Positions 7,898 through 17,665 of a stretch of 45,568 bases of DNA are shown here, one piece after another (position 1 is the stretch's first letter; each line of letters starts with the position of its first letter). Below the pieces are notes generated by a model, which saw nothing but the letters and a program-made list of their open reading frames with translations, was not told where the DNA came from and searched no databases. Source of the DNA: a virus. The DNA lies in the IMG/VR virus record IMGVR_UViG_3300031418_000024. One strand, 5' to 3'. A program made the translations under genes and the position numbers.

Positions 7898-8208
7898 CAG
7901 AGGCGGCAGGGGCTTATTATATGGCCCCTCCCCCGCCAGCCATCTGGGAGTTTTTGGGCATATCCTCAGCAGAGGAATATGAGCAGGGCATAGAGGTCTG
8001 GGAAGATAACTGGCCCATCTTTATCGTCTTCACTAAGATGTCAACACAGTGGAGGTGTGGTCCTGGCGGCCCTGTCGGGCTTGATTACAACGTCGCAAAG
8101 TGGCTGTTTGAATTACACGACATTCAGGATCAGCGGCAGGCGCTCTCTGACTTAAGGATGATGGAGGCGGCGGCACTGAAAGAGATAGCCAGTCAAAATG
8201 AGGATTAA
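7526..8208 (+). CDS. Tail assembly chaperone -1 frameshift fusion (gpGT analogue; slip at 7888-7894)
   Basis: No stop codon in frame 1 between 7894 and 8206. The downstream part could alternatively start on its own at ATG 7921. Confidence 0.55.
7888..7894 (+). promoter_or_regulatory. Programmed -1 ribosomal frameshift site A_AAA_AAC
   Basis: The heptamer is in the correct X_XXY_YYZ phase, one codon before the zero-frame stop. The -1 frame is open from 7894 into ORF 7921-8208. Confidence 0.65.
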
Positions 8209-8213
8209 CAGCC

Positions 8214-10802
8214 ATGGCTGAAGATGTAGCAAACCTATCGCTAAAGGTTGACACACAGGAGGTACAGGAAGCCAGTAGCGCGCTGGGCTTCTTCAAAGAC
8301 AAGGCCATCGGCGGCGCAAAGGCCGCTACTGAGTTCAGCCAGTCAGCTGGATCGATGTCTGACCGTATCAAAGACACTGTCGCCTCACTGGAGAGGCAGG
8401 AAGCCAGCATGGGCAAGCTGGGCAACACCATCGGCCAGCAGGGCAACCAGTACCGGAACCTTACCATCAGCCAGGGCCAGTACACAAACGCCGTGCGCAT
8501 GCTGCCCGCGCAGATGTCCGATATCGCTACCCAGCTCCAGATGGGCACGTCTCCATTCACTATCCTTGTCCAGCAGGGCGGACAGATTAAAGACTCATTT
8601 GGCGGTGTGCAGAACACCCTGAAAGCCTTTGCCGCCACCCTGTCGCCAGCCATCATCGGCGCAACCGCACTGGGTGTCGCACTGGCCGGTATCGGTTATA
8701 GCGCATACTCAGTCAGCGAGCGATTTGATGCGGTTAACAAGGCCATCATTGAGACGGGCGGCGTAGGATTTAAGAGCGCGGCAGATCTTGAGGCGGCAGC
8801 GCAGCGCATCTCAACTGCAACCGGCGACTCGATCCACTCTGTAACCGACCTGCTCGTCAAAATGCAGGAGTCAGGGAAGTACACGACAGAGACGATTAAC
8901 CAGAGCGCTGAGGCAATTTCAAAGTGGCAAGAGGCTTTCGGCGACTCTGACAAGCTCCAGAAGGGTCTGGAGAAGATGACCACTGACCCGGTCAAGGGTC
9001 TGCAGCAGCTTAACGAAACTTTCCACTTCGTCACCCCAACCGTTATGGCACACGTCGCCGCCCTGCAGAAGGCTGGCAAGGATTCCGAGGCCTGGGGCGT
9101 GGCAATGGATGCTGCGATGGGAATGGTCAACACCAGGACTGAGCAGATGAAGGGCCAGGTGGGTGAGATGGAGGCGGCCTGGAAGACGCTTAAAACCGTT
9201 TCAATTGAGGTTGCTGACGGCCTGGGCAAGGCGCTTATCGGCATGGGCGATCAGGTTGTTGCCGGGTTTAACCTCCTGCTGCAGTCGGTAAAAGGCATCC
9301 TGCTGGATATTGACAGGCTGGCGCGCGAGGCTGTTAACGGCACCATCGACCAGATCCGCAAACTCCCCGGCATGTCTGAAGCATTCAGTGATGCCTACAC
9401 CCAGAACCAGGATCTGATTAAGAAGGGCGACCAGCAGATCATCGCTAACCGCAAAGAGATTCTGCGACTGCAGCAGGTGCTGAATAAAACAGCTGAACAG
9501 CAATACGACGACACACACAAGGGCGTTACCGGCACGGGCGGCACCACGGCGGAAGAGGATCGCCAGACGAAGAAAATTGCCGACCAGATGAATAAGAAGA
9601 CGAAGGCCGCTAAAGCATTCCAGGAGGACGCGGGCCAGAAACTTCTCGATCAGCTGAACATGCAGACTGACCAGCTTAAGCAGCAGGAGTACATCTACAA
9701 AAACCATCTGACCGATGGCAAAGCGATGACTCAGGAGCAGCAGAAGTACGTAGCACTGCTGGCACAGATTAACGTGCTGGAGCAGCGGCAGCAGAGCGGG
9801 CAACGTCTGACCAATGAGCAGAAGCAGGTGCTGGCGGTCAAAGAGCAGGCGCTGGCGATTGCCAAACGCAATGCGGATGAATCAGCCCAGCTGGACATCC
9901 TTAAGAAACAGTCAGAACAGCACCGCCAGATCAATGACGCCATTACGGAGATGATCGAGAAGCGCAAGATCGTTACTGACACCCAGGGCGAGTCAACCCG
10001 TGAGCAGGAGCGCGCACTTGAGCTGGCGCAGGCTGAGAACAAGCTGCGCCGCTCCGGTGCCAGTGAGGGTGACATCAAGCGCTACACGGATGAGGTCACC
10101 AAAGGATTCCAGCAGCAGGACGCGGCCAGAGATGACTGGTTCAATGGCCTGTCAACCGGCTGGAAGGATGCGGCAGAGACAGCGGCGGATGTGAATAAGC
10201 AGATGGCCCAGTTTGGGCAGTCAACCTTTACCGGGCTGACTGATACCCTGACCAACTTCTTCATGACTGGCAAAGATGGCTGGAAGGATTTCGCGAACAA
10301 CGCCATCCAGCAGATCATGCGCATCCTGACTAACTCCGCACTCTCTGACCTGACGAAGGCGTTTTCCAGCATGGGTGGAGCGTCCGGCATCATGGGAAGT
10401 ATCGGGAGCTTTTTCGCCAAAGGCGATGCGCTTTATGGCCCCGGCATTAAGGCGCTGTCGGGTGGCGTCTATGACCAGCCCACCCCGTTCACCTTCGCAG
10501 GGCGCACGGCGTTTGCAAAAGGTGGCGTACTGGGTGAGGCTGGCCCGGAGGCGGTTATGCCACTGACGCGTGGCGCTGATGGCAAGCTGGGCGTTAAGGC
10601 AACCAGTGGCAACGGATTTGGCAGCATCATCGTCAGCACGGATGCGACGGTGACCACACAGGGCGGCGGCGATGGCAATCAGAGTGGCGCGCAGCAGCTG
10701 GGATCGATGCTGTCAAAACAGATCGCAGACCAGACGCAATCAATCCTTCAACGCGCCATTGAACCAGGAGGCTTGATCTACCGCTTCACCAAAGGTGGTT
10801 GA
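8214..10802 (+). CDS. Tape measure protein
   Basis: 862 aa, coiled-coil-rich with hydrophobic segments; canonical position. Confidence 0.9.
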   Translation: MAEDVANLSLKVDTQEVQEASSALGFFKDKAIGGAKAATEFSQSAGSMSDRIKDTVASLERQEASMGKLGNTIGQQGNQYRNLTISQGQYTNAVRMLPAQMSDIATQLQMGTSPFTILVQQGGQIKDSFGGVQNTLKAFAATLSPAIIGATALGVALAGIGYSAYSVSERFDAVNKAIIETGGVGFKSAADLEAAAQRISTATGDSIHSVTDLLVKMQESGKYTTETINQSAEAISKWQEAFGDSDKLQKGLEKMTTDPVKGLQQLNETFHFVTPTVMAHVAALQKAGKDSEAWGVAMDAAMGMVNTRTEQMKGQVGEMEAAWKTLKTVSIEVADGLGKALIGMGDQVVAGFNLLLQSVKGILLDIDRLAREAVNGTIDQIRKLPGMSEAFSDAYTQNQDLIKKGDQQIIANRKEILRLQQVLNKTAEQQYDDTHKGVTGTGGTTAEEDRQTKKIADQMNKKTKAAKAFQEDAGQKLLDQLNMQTDQLKQQEYIYKNHLTDGKAMTQEQQKYVALLAQINVLEQRQQSGQRLTNEQKQVLAVKEQALAIAKRNADESAQLDILKKQSEQHRQINDAITEMIEKRKIVTDTQGESTREQERALELAQAENKLRRSGASEGDIKRYTDEVTKGFQQQDAARDDWFNGLSTGWKDAAETAADVNKQMAQFGQSTFTGLTDTLTNFFMTGKDGWKDFANNAIQQIMRILTNSALSDLTKAFSSMGGASGIMGSIGSFFAKGDALYGPGIKALSGGVYDQPTPFTFAGRTAFAKGGVLGEAGPEAVMPLTRGADGKLGVKATSGNGFGSIIVSTDATVTTQGGGDGNQSGAQQLGSMLSKQIADQTQSILQRAIEPGGLIYRFTKGG

Positions 10803-10825
10803 TAATTACCCCGTCATGCTAAACT

Positions 10826-10853
10826 GCCCTCACATAAACGTGAGGGCTTTTTT
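10826..10853 (+). terminator. Rho-independent terminator after the tape measure gene; its 3' arm contains the Shine-Dalgarno of the next gene
   Basis: GCCCTCAC-ataaac-GTGAGGGC followed by T6, then ATG at 10854. Confidence 0.75.
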
Positions 10854-11216
10854 ATGGCTGAAGAATACCGCTGGCAGCTCCAGATCCAAAGTGGGGCGCA
10901 GACCAATACAAACGCTCGCGTGGCGACTAACCAGTTTGGCAATGGCTATGAGCAGGTGCAGGAAGATGGTATTAACTCTGCTATGCGCACTGTTGAGCTG
11001 GAGCACATCGGGCAGATCAATGACAAGGTGAATAACCCGAAGGATGTGGAAGCATTCCTCCGCCGCCACTACGTCAAGGCTTTCATCTTCACGCCTGCAC
11101 ACGGTGAAAAGGGATTGTTCCGCGTTAAGGCTGATTCCGTGAAGTACTCGCCGAAAGGACGTCTGGTAGGCATCGTCACCTGTACGCTCACTGAGGCTGT
11201 CGGGGTGCTCGCATGA
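10854..11216 (+). CDS. Minor tail protein (lambda gpM-like)
   Basis: 120 aa, first gene of an M-L-K-I-J-like series. Confidence 0.7.
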   Translation: MAEEYRWQLQIQSGAQTNTNARVATNQFGNGYEQVQEDGINSAMRTVELEHIGQINDKVNNPKDVEAFLRRHYVKAFIFTPAHGEKGLFRVKADSVKYSPKGRLVGIVTCTLTEAVGVLA

Positions 11217-11959
11217 TCCTGATTAATGAGCTGAGCAAACTCTCACCTTCCGGACGCGTGCGCCTGGTGACGGTGGACGCCTCAGAGTTTGGTGGTGGCA
11301 TTCACCGATTTCATTATCACGCTATCCCATACACTGAGGCAGAGATTAACCTGGCCTATAACGGTGATGGCACCTACGACGATGACAAGCTGAAACCGAA
11401 GGGCATCACCTTTGATGGGCAGCTCTATGACTTCTGGCCCTACGCCATTGAGGACATGGAACTAAGCTCAGAGCAGGCCGCCAGGCCAAAGCTGTCGCTG
11501 TCGAACGTCGGTAGCTATATCTCCGCTCTGTGCCTTCAGTTTGAGGATTTACTGAAGGCCCGTGTCACCATTACCACACTGACCGCCAACTTCCTGGACG
11601 ACGGTCCGGATGCAGATCCCGACCAGTGCCAGAACGAAGAGTTTTTCATTGACCTCAAATCATACGAGGATGATGAAATGATTCAGTTCGAACTGAGCAA
11701 CCCGGCTGACCTGAACGGCGCAATGGTCCCGCGTCGCCAGCTGCTTACCATCTGCACGTGGGCAATGGATGGACTTTACCGCAGCGGAGACGGCTGCACG
11801 TACAACGGTAACCGGTACTTTGACGAGCGCGGCAATCCGGTAAGCGACCCAGCACTTGATCGATGTGGCGGGTGCCTGTCCGACTGTAAATTACGCTTTG
11901 GGGAAAACAATGCGCTGGATTTTGGCGGATTCCCTGCAGCCCAACTGATCCAGCAATAG
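11213..11959 (+). CDS. Minor tail protein L-like
   Basis: 248 aa; C-terminal Cys cluster CGGCLSDCKLRF as in lambda gpL-type proteins. Confidence 0.75.
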   Translation: MILINELSKLSPSGRVRLVTVDASEFGGGIHRFHYHAIPYTEAEINLAYNGDGTYDDDKLKPKGITFDGQLYDFWPYAIEDMELSSEQAARPKLSLSNVGSYISALCLQFEDLLKARVTITTLTANFLDDGPDADPDQCQNEEFFIDLKSYEDDEMIQFELSNPADLNGAMVPRRQLLTICTWAMDGLYRSGDGCTYNGNRYFDERGNPVSDPALDRCGGCLSDCKLRFGENNALDFGGFPAAQLIQQ

Positions 11960-11968
11960 GACATAATT

Positions 11969-12703
11969 ATGCGAGCCACAAAGAGCACGCTGGCGCAGTT
12001 TACCGCGCTTGCGCAGGAAAAGTACCCGCAGGAGGCTTGCGGGCTGGTGATTGCCGTAGGTCGCAAACAGGTTTTCATTCCATGCGATAACGTGCACGAA
12101 GACCCGGAAAACCATTTCACCATCACGTCACAACAGTGGGCAGCGGCGGAAGACCAGGGCGACGTCATCATGGTGCTGCATAGCCACCCAGGCGACGGAT
12201 GCAGGCCGGTGCCGTGTGACCTTGACCGACAGCAGTGCTCGCTGTCAGGCGTGACCTGGGGGATTCTGGCGCTACCTTCCGGAGAGTATGACGAGACAGA
12301 GCCAGAGAATGGTTCTCTGCTGGGTCGCCCGTTCATTCTGGGTAGCTGGGACTGCTACGGCCTGATCATCGACTGGCACCGCCTGCAGGGCGTTGAGCTG
12401 AAGGATCGCCGCGTTACTTACCCGTGGTGGGAAAGCCAGTATCCAGATAACCTCTATTCTGATTTCTGGGAGGAGGATGGCTTCATTGAGTGCGATCCCG
12501 TTCCGGGTGCGATGGTCATCATGCAGATCAGCGCGGACAAGTGGAACCACGCCGGGATTATCACCGAAGACGGCCAGCTGCTGCACCACCTTTACGGCCA
12601 GCCATCATGCATTACGCCCTATCAGCGCGGTTACTTCCGGGACCGGACTGTGATGGTTGTCAGGCACAAAGACTTACCAAAGGAGATCAAGCCATGGCGA
12701 TGA
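11969..12703 (+). CDS. Tail assembly protein K-like (JAB/MPN plus NlpC/P60 domains)
   Basis: HSHPGDGCRPVPCDLD (JAMM-like) and WDCYGLI (NlpC/P60 Cys) motifs. Confidence 0.8.
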   Translation: MRATKSTLAQFTALAQEKYPQEACGLVIAVGRKQVFIPCDNVHEDPENHFTITSQQWAAAEDQGDVIMVLHSHPGDGCRPVPCDLDRQQCSLSGVTWGILALPSGEYDETEPENGSLLGRPFILGSWDCYGLIIDWHRLQGVELKDRRVTYPWWESQYPDNLYSDFWEEDGFIECDPVPGAMVIMQISADKWNHAGIITEDGQLLHHLYGQPSCITPYQRGYFRDRTVMVVRHKDLPKEIKPWR

Positions 12704-13293
12704 GAAAGACGGTCCGCCTGTATGGGGCGCTGGGCGCTCGTTTCGGACGCGTTCACCAGCTGCACGTACAAACACCTGCCGAAGCTGTTAAGGCGCTCTG
12801 TGTGACGCTGGATGGCTTTGAGCGCTACCTGATGTCAGCGCGGGAGAATGGCATGGTGTTCACAGTGTTCAAAGGGAAGCACAGTGTGGGGGAAGAAACA
12901 CTCTCACACGGCAGCGGCGACTTTGATATCCGCATCGCTCCGATCATGACCGGCTCAAAAAAGGCGGGTATGTTCCAGACCATCCTGGGAGCTGTGCTGG
13001 TCGTTGCTGGTCTGGCTATTTCGTACTTCTCTGGCGGTACGGCTGCTGCTGTCGGGATGGGCATGGCGAAGTTCGGCGCAATGATGATGATCGGGGGTGC
13101 ATTCCAGATGTTATCACCGCAGCCAAAAGGGCTTAAAATGCGTCAAGACCCGGACAACGCTCCCAGCTATGCATTTGGGTCCGCCGTCAACACAACCGCC
13201 CTGGGTAACCCTGTCGGAATCCTGTGGGGTCGCAGGGAGATCGGTGGATCAATCCTTTCAGCTGGCATCATCGCTAACGAGATCAGGACATAA
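12694..13293 (+). CDS. Tail assembly protein I-like
   Basis: ATG 12694 lies 8 nt after aaggag; hydrophobic Gly-rich C-terminal half; sits between K and J. Confidence 0.65.
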   Translation: MAMRKTVRLYGALGARFGRVHQLHVQTPAEAVKALCVTLDGFERYLMSARENGMVFTVFKGKHSVGEETLSHGSGDFDIRIAPIMTGSKKAGMFQTILGAVLVVAGLAISYFSGGTAAAVGMGMAKFGAMMMIGGAFQMLSPQPKGLKMRQDPDNAPSYAFGSAVNTTALGNPVGILWGRREIGGSILSAGIIANEIRT

Positions 13294-16200
13294 TGGAAAA
13301 TAAAGCACTGGCTGTTACCGGCAGCAAAGGCGGTGGCGGAAGCCCCAGCACACCAAAAGAAGCAGCCGATAGCCTGCACTCAGTTTCAACTATCAGGATC
13401 CTGCTGGGCCTGGGTGAGGGGGAGTTTGATATCAGCGAGGTGTCACCAAAGACAATCATGCTGAATAACACACCGCTGCAGAACCCGGACGGATCTTGGA
13501 ACTATCCCGACGTGCGCTGGGAGGTCCGTGCGGGCACTCAGACCCAGGAGCCTATCGCAGGCTTCCCTGCTGTTGAGTCGGAGACTGAAGTGGGGACCAG
13601 TCTGCGCTATGGCACGCCGTGGGTACAGTCATTCAATAACCTTTCGATCAATGCTGTCAGCGTGCGCATCGGCTTCCCTTCGCTCTTCAGTCAGGACGCG
13701 AAGACCGGCGACGTGGAAGGCGCGACGGTGCGCTATCACATAGACGTGCAGGCGGACGGCGGAGCTTTCCAGACCGTGGGTAATTTTGAACTCACCGGGA
13801 AGACCGTTACCGGGGACTATGAGCGTTCGCATCGCATCGATCTGCCGAAGGCGACCACCGGCTGGCAGGTTCGCGTGGTCCGTGATACTCCGGACAGCAC
13901 GTCAAGCCGTCTGGGCAACGACACCACGATGAAAGCCTACGTCCAGATCGTGGATGCTAAGCTGCGCTACCCTCACACGGCTCTGCTTTATGTTGAGTTC
14001 GACGCTAAGCAGTTCCAGAACATCCCGAAAATCTCCGTCCTGACGCGCGGGCGCATTATCCGCGTGCCGAACAACTATGACCCGGTGTCCCGCACATATA
14101 ACTCAACCTGGGATGGCGGATTCAAGTGGGCGTGGACTAATAACCCGGCGTGGATTTTTTACGACCTGTGCGCCGAACCACGTTTCGGAATCGGTAAGCG
14201 TATGCAGCGCAGCGGGATCCCGATGGTCGATAAGTGGGAGCTGTACCGAATCGGGCAGCGCTGTGACCAGATGGTCCCGGACGGACGCGGCGGCAATGGG
14301 ACAGAGCCTCGCTTTACCCTTGATGTCTACATCGCCAGCCGTGCAGAAGCGTGGCAGGTGGTGAACGATCTCGCCGCTGTCTTTGCCGGTATGATGTGGT
14401 GGGGTGGTGGCCAGCTGAATGTTCAGTCAGACATGCCAGGCGACATCGCGCACATCATCACGCGTGCCAGCGTCATCGGTGGCAAGATCATCTATAACAG
14501 CGGAAGCCAGCGCAACCGCTTCTCGACCTTTGTCGTGAACTACTGCGACCCGAACAACCATTATCAGGACCGACCGGCAGCGGGCCAGATTATCGACCTG
14601 GTTAAGCGCTATGGGGCCAACCAGCTGGAAATGACGGCCATTGGCTGCACACGTGAGACAGAGGCGCAGAGACGCGGACAATGGGCGCTGTACACCAACA
14701 GCTTTGACCGCACCGCATCATGGAAGGTGGGGATCGAGGGTCTGGCTTATCGACCTGGTCAGATTGTCGCGCTGGCAGATGAGAGACTGGCTGGACGCGT
14801 GATGGGTGGTCGTGTTGGCGAAGGTGCTACCCGACAGAACATCACCACGGACTGCAAGACCGATGCAGCAGCCGGTGACACATTCATCGTGCGGACGAAG
14901 AGCGGCAACATTGAGAAGCAGGCGATCACCAAAGTTACACAGGATGCGGTGGGCAACAGCGTACTATTCCTGGGTGTACCGCTGAGCAGCGACGTTGAAC
15001 CTGATTCAGTGTTCGTGATTGATTCCGGCCAGCTGGCGCTGCAAATGTACCGCGTGACGTCCGTACGCTATAACCCGGAGGACAACAACTTTGATTGTGC
15101 TGGCGTGGTTTACATGGCTTCAAAATACGACGTGATCGACCGTGGAGCAAGACTGGATGAGCGACCAATCAGCCTGATCGATACCGGGACTATCGCCGCT
15201 CCGAAGAACATCAGAATCACCTCCTATGAATCCCTGATTCAGTCGCAACGCCTCACAACAATGCGAGTTGACTGGGATGCAGTTCTGGGAGAGAAGACGG
15301 CAGCAGGCACCATCGGCGGAGCAGTGGCGTATGAGGCGCAGTGGCGCAGGAATAGCAACGACTGGATCAACATCCCACGCACCGGACTGACGTCGTTTGA
15401 AGTCCCCGGCATCTATGAAGGTGACTATTACGTCCGCGTGCGCGCCATTAATGCCGGTGATGCTTCGAGCATCTGGGCTGATGCCGTTATGGTTCACCTG
15501 TCAGGACGTCAGGGGGACGTACCAGCGCCGATTGGCCTGGCCGCCGCTCCGTTGCTTTATGGGATTGCGTGGTCATGGGGCTTTGGTCCTGACTCTGATG
15601 ACACCCTGCTGACTGAACTGTCATATCGGGTGCCTGGTGATGCAACAGAGCGCCACCTGACCAATGAGTCATACCCATCAACCAACTATCAGCAGATGGG
15701 TATCACTCCGGGTCAGCGCGTCTTTGTTCGCGGACGCTGCCAGGATCGAATGGGCAACCTGTCACCATGGACTGACTGGGTAGAAGGCCAGTCAAACGCT
15801 GACGCTGATGACTACCTGGCGGGCATCGCAAGCGGATTCCTGACCGACAAAGACGGCCAGCAGCTTACTGAACAGCTGCAGGGCAACTTTGAGATGCAGA
15901 TGCAGACCCTGCTCAACCAGGGTTACATCATTGATGAGCAGATGGCGCAATACGGAAACGTAAAGGCAGCCGTTGCCCAGATGACGAAGGTTCAGGCAGA
16001 CGCCACCCGAGCATTCGCTGAGTTCCAGACCGTGGTCACTGCGCAACTGGGTGAGCAGTACGCCACGATCCAGCAGAAGATGACATCTATCTTCGATGCA
16101 GAGACGGGCGGCGAGGCAATGTATAGCCTGAAGGCTGGCGTGAACTACAACGGCCAGTACTATGACGCAGGACTGGTTGTCAGCGTGGTTGCTGATGGGG

Positions 16201-16568
16201 CGGGTTACCGTTCTCGCATCGGTATGAATGCGGACCAGTTCGTCCTGCTTAGTGGTCAGGGTGATGTAACATACTCGCCATTCTCCGTGATCGATGGTGT
16301 CGTGTTCATCAATACAGCACTCATCGGAAAAGCTACAATAGACGGCGCGCAGATTAAAGACGCCACCATTGACAGCGCCCACATCAAAGACTCCATACAG
16401 TCTGATACGTGGACAAACTCAGGCGGCGCATACGGCTGGCGCATCAGCAAAACGCAGGGTTTCCAGTTCATCGGACAGACGTCACGTAACGTCAGGCTTG
16501 ATGACACTGGTTTGGGTATCTATGACGCCGCTGGTGTCGAGCGATTTAAGGCGGGTTATCTTGGTTGA
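13293..16568 (+). CDS. Tail tip / host specificity protein J-like
   Basis: 1091 aa; the N-terminus GSKGGGGSPSTPKEAADSLHS...RILLGLGEGE is typical of J-family proteins. Confidence 0.9.
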   Translation: MENKALAVTGSKGGGGSPSTPKEAADSLHSVSTIRILLGLGEGEFDISEVSPKTIMLNNTPLQNPDGSWNYPDVRWEVRAGTQTQEPIAGFPAVESETEVGTSLRYGTPWVQSFNNLSINAVSVRIGFPSLFSQDAKTGDVEGATVRYHIDVQADGGAFQTVGNFELTGKTVTGDYERSHRIDLPKATTGWQVRVVRDTPDSTSSRLGNDTTMKAYVQIVDAKLRYPHTALLYVEFDAKQFQNIPKISVLTRGRIIRVPNNYDPVSRTYNSTWDGGFKWAWTNNPAWIFYDLCAEPRFGIGKRMQRSGIPMVDKWELYRIGQRCDQMVPDGRGGNGTEPRFTLDVYIASRAEAWQVVNDLAAVFAGMMWWGGGQLNVQSDMPGDIAHIITRASVIGGKIIYNSGSQRNRFSTFVVNYCDPNNHYQDRPAAGQIIDLVKRYGANQLEMTAIGCTRETEAQRRGQWALYTNSFDRTASWKVGIEGLAYRPGQIVALADERLAGRVMGGRVGEGATRQNITTDCKTDAAAGDTFIVRTKSGNIEKQAITKVTQDAVGNSVLFLGVPLSSDVEPDSVFVIDSGQLALQMYRVTSVRYNPEDNNFDCAGVVYMASKYDVIDRGARLDERPISLIDTGTIAAPKNIRITSYESLIQSQRLTTMRVDWDAVLGEKTAAGTIGGAVAYEAQWRRNSNDWINIPRTGLTSFEVPGIYEGDYYVRVRAINAGDASSIWADAVMVHLSGRQGDVPAPIGLAAAPLLYGIAWSWGFGPDSDDTLLTELSYRVPGDATERHLTNESYPSTNYQQMGITPGQRVFVRGRCQDRMGNLSPWTDWVEGQSNADADDYLAGIASGFLTDKDGQQLTEQLQGNFEMQMQTLLNQGYIIDEQMAQYGNVKAAVAQMTKVQADATRAFAEFQTVVTAQLGEQYATIQQKMTSIFDAETGGEAMYSLKAGVNYNGQYYDAGLVVSVVADGAGYRSRIGMNADQFVLLSGQGDVTYSPFSVIDGVVFINTALIGKATIDGAQIKDATIDSAHIKDSIQSDTWTNSGGAYGWRISKTQGFQFIGQTSRNVRLDDTGLGIYDAAGVERFKAGYLG

Positions 16569-17655
16569 TTATTATGGAGCGCGCATTACCCCCGATGATG
16601 GGGGTAGGCCGCTTATTCTGGATGCTTTCACCAGATTCCTATCCAATCTGGCAACTGGCGTTTCCCTGAAGGGGAACGTCACAACTAACCAGGTAAAAGC
16701 CCCGACTGCCGGGGCTATGCCACTCATCATCCCGCGCAAGCTGGTTACCATTTATCCTGGTGAGTCAACGCCCAACATGTATTGGATCGAATCAATCGGG
16801 CTTAATGCTAATGGTGTGCTAACCCATGTACCGAAAGGTGGGAGTAACCTTCCGGTTGACCGACAGCCAGCTGAAGTTGGTAACGTGGACGTGTTCTCAG
16901 TAGACGGCGGCGGATCTCCTCGGGGGTCATATGGGGTAAGGATAACCAGCGGGTCGAACTTCATGGAGATTAACGACACCTCATACCTGGGCTTCGTTAC
17001 CTATCGCACTACCGTTAACATCAATGGCGCTTGGGACATCCCACCGGCAATTGTTGCGCGCGGTCCGTATGTTGTCTATGCGCGATGGGATAATACAACC
17101 ACGCCGCTGTTCCTTAACCGTGACAATAACAGGATCGAGTGTTACACGGCATTCAGCAACACAGCCGGGTCATCAATTGGTGGCACGGTTAACAACGTGA
17201 AGATTGTCATCATCTCCTGTGCTTTCGTTCCTGACCTCCCATCATCTGGATGGGGTATGGTCATCCGTAATGCTCAAAATGTGGTGACGTTCTCCAGCAA
17301 ATACCCCCCGGTCATCTGGCGAGGTGGATATTTCAATTTCCAGTTTTATCGCAACTTCGACACCAGCGGCGGGGAAGTGTTGCAATGGACCGGTGTTACG
17401 GCACCTCCGGGCATAAACATAAGTCAGCCCATGATCCCGCTATGCAGTATCGGCGTTCAGCGCGGAGACTACAGCCGATCCGGTGGCTCCTGGACCTATC
17501 GTCCTGTGCTGTACTCAGGTTTCAAGATGACCGGCAATCAAGTATCATCAGCCAGGGCTAAATCAGCCGGGACTGACGCTCCAATTACTCTCTATGTCAA
17601 AGCGATGCAGGTGGCATGCTCTATCCCATGCATTGACGCGGCAGACTACTTTTAA
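16561..17655 (+). CDS. Tail-associated protein of unknown function (start uncertain: TTG 16561, or ATG 16522 or 16501 overlapping J)
   Basis: Long open frame. No ATG lies downstream of the J stop until far inside the frame. aaggcggg sits 5 nt before the TTG. Confidence 0.5.
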   Translation: MVDYYGARITPDDGGRPLILDAFTRFLSNLATGVSLKGNVTTNQVKAPTAGAMPLIIPRKLVTIYPGESTPNMYWIESIGLNANGVLTHVPKGGSNLPVDRQPAEVGNVDVFSVDGGGSPRGSYGVRITSGSNFMEINDTSYLGFVTYRTTVNINGAWDIPPAIVARGPYVVYARWDNTTTPLFLNRDNNRIECYTAFSNTAGSSIGGTVNNVKIVIISCAFVPDLPSSGWGMVIRNAQNVVTFSSKYPPVIWRGGYFNFQFYRNFDTSGGEVLQWTGVTAPPGINISQPMIPLCSIGVQRGDYSRSGGSWTYRPVLYSGFKMTGNQVSSARAKSAGTDAPITLYVKAMQVACSIPCIDAADYF

Positions 17656-17665
17656 AGGATAAGTC

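Noticed and set aside
8033-10420. Several long antisense or alternative-frame ORFs lie inside the tape measure gene (8033-8656, 8696-9244, 9201-9803, 9731-10078, 10082-10420).
   Set aside because: They are shadow ORFs typical of a long GC-balanced repetitive gene, with no RBS and low-complexity translations. The same applies to 5580-6200(-), 11776-12336(-), 15792-16382(-), 40277-40789(-) and 42889-43740(-).
12490-12693. An upstream extension of the gpI-like ORF, from 12490.
   Set aside because: It would overlap the gpK-like gene by more than 200 nt. ATG 12694 has a perfect aaggag RBS.
16369-16560. An upstream extension of the post-J ORF, and the ATG at 16574.
   Set aside because: The extension overlaps J by 200 nt with no RBS. 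ATG 16574 is in another frame and terminates after about 32 codons.
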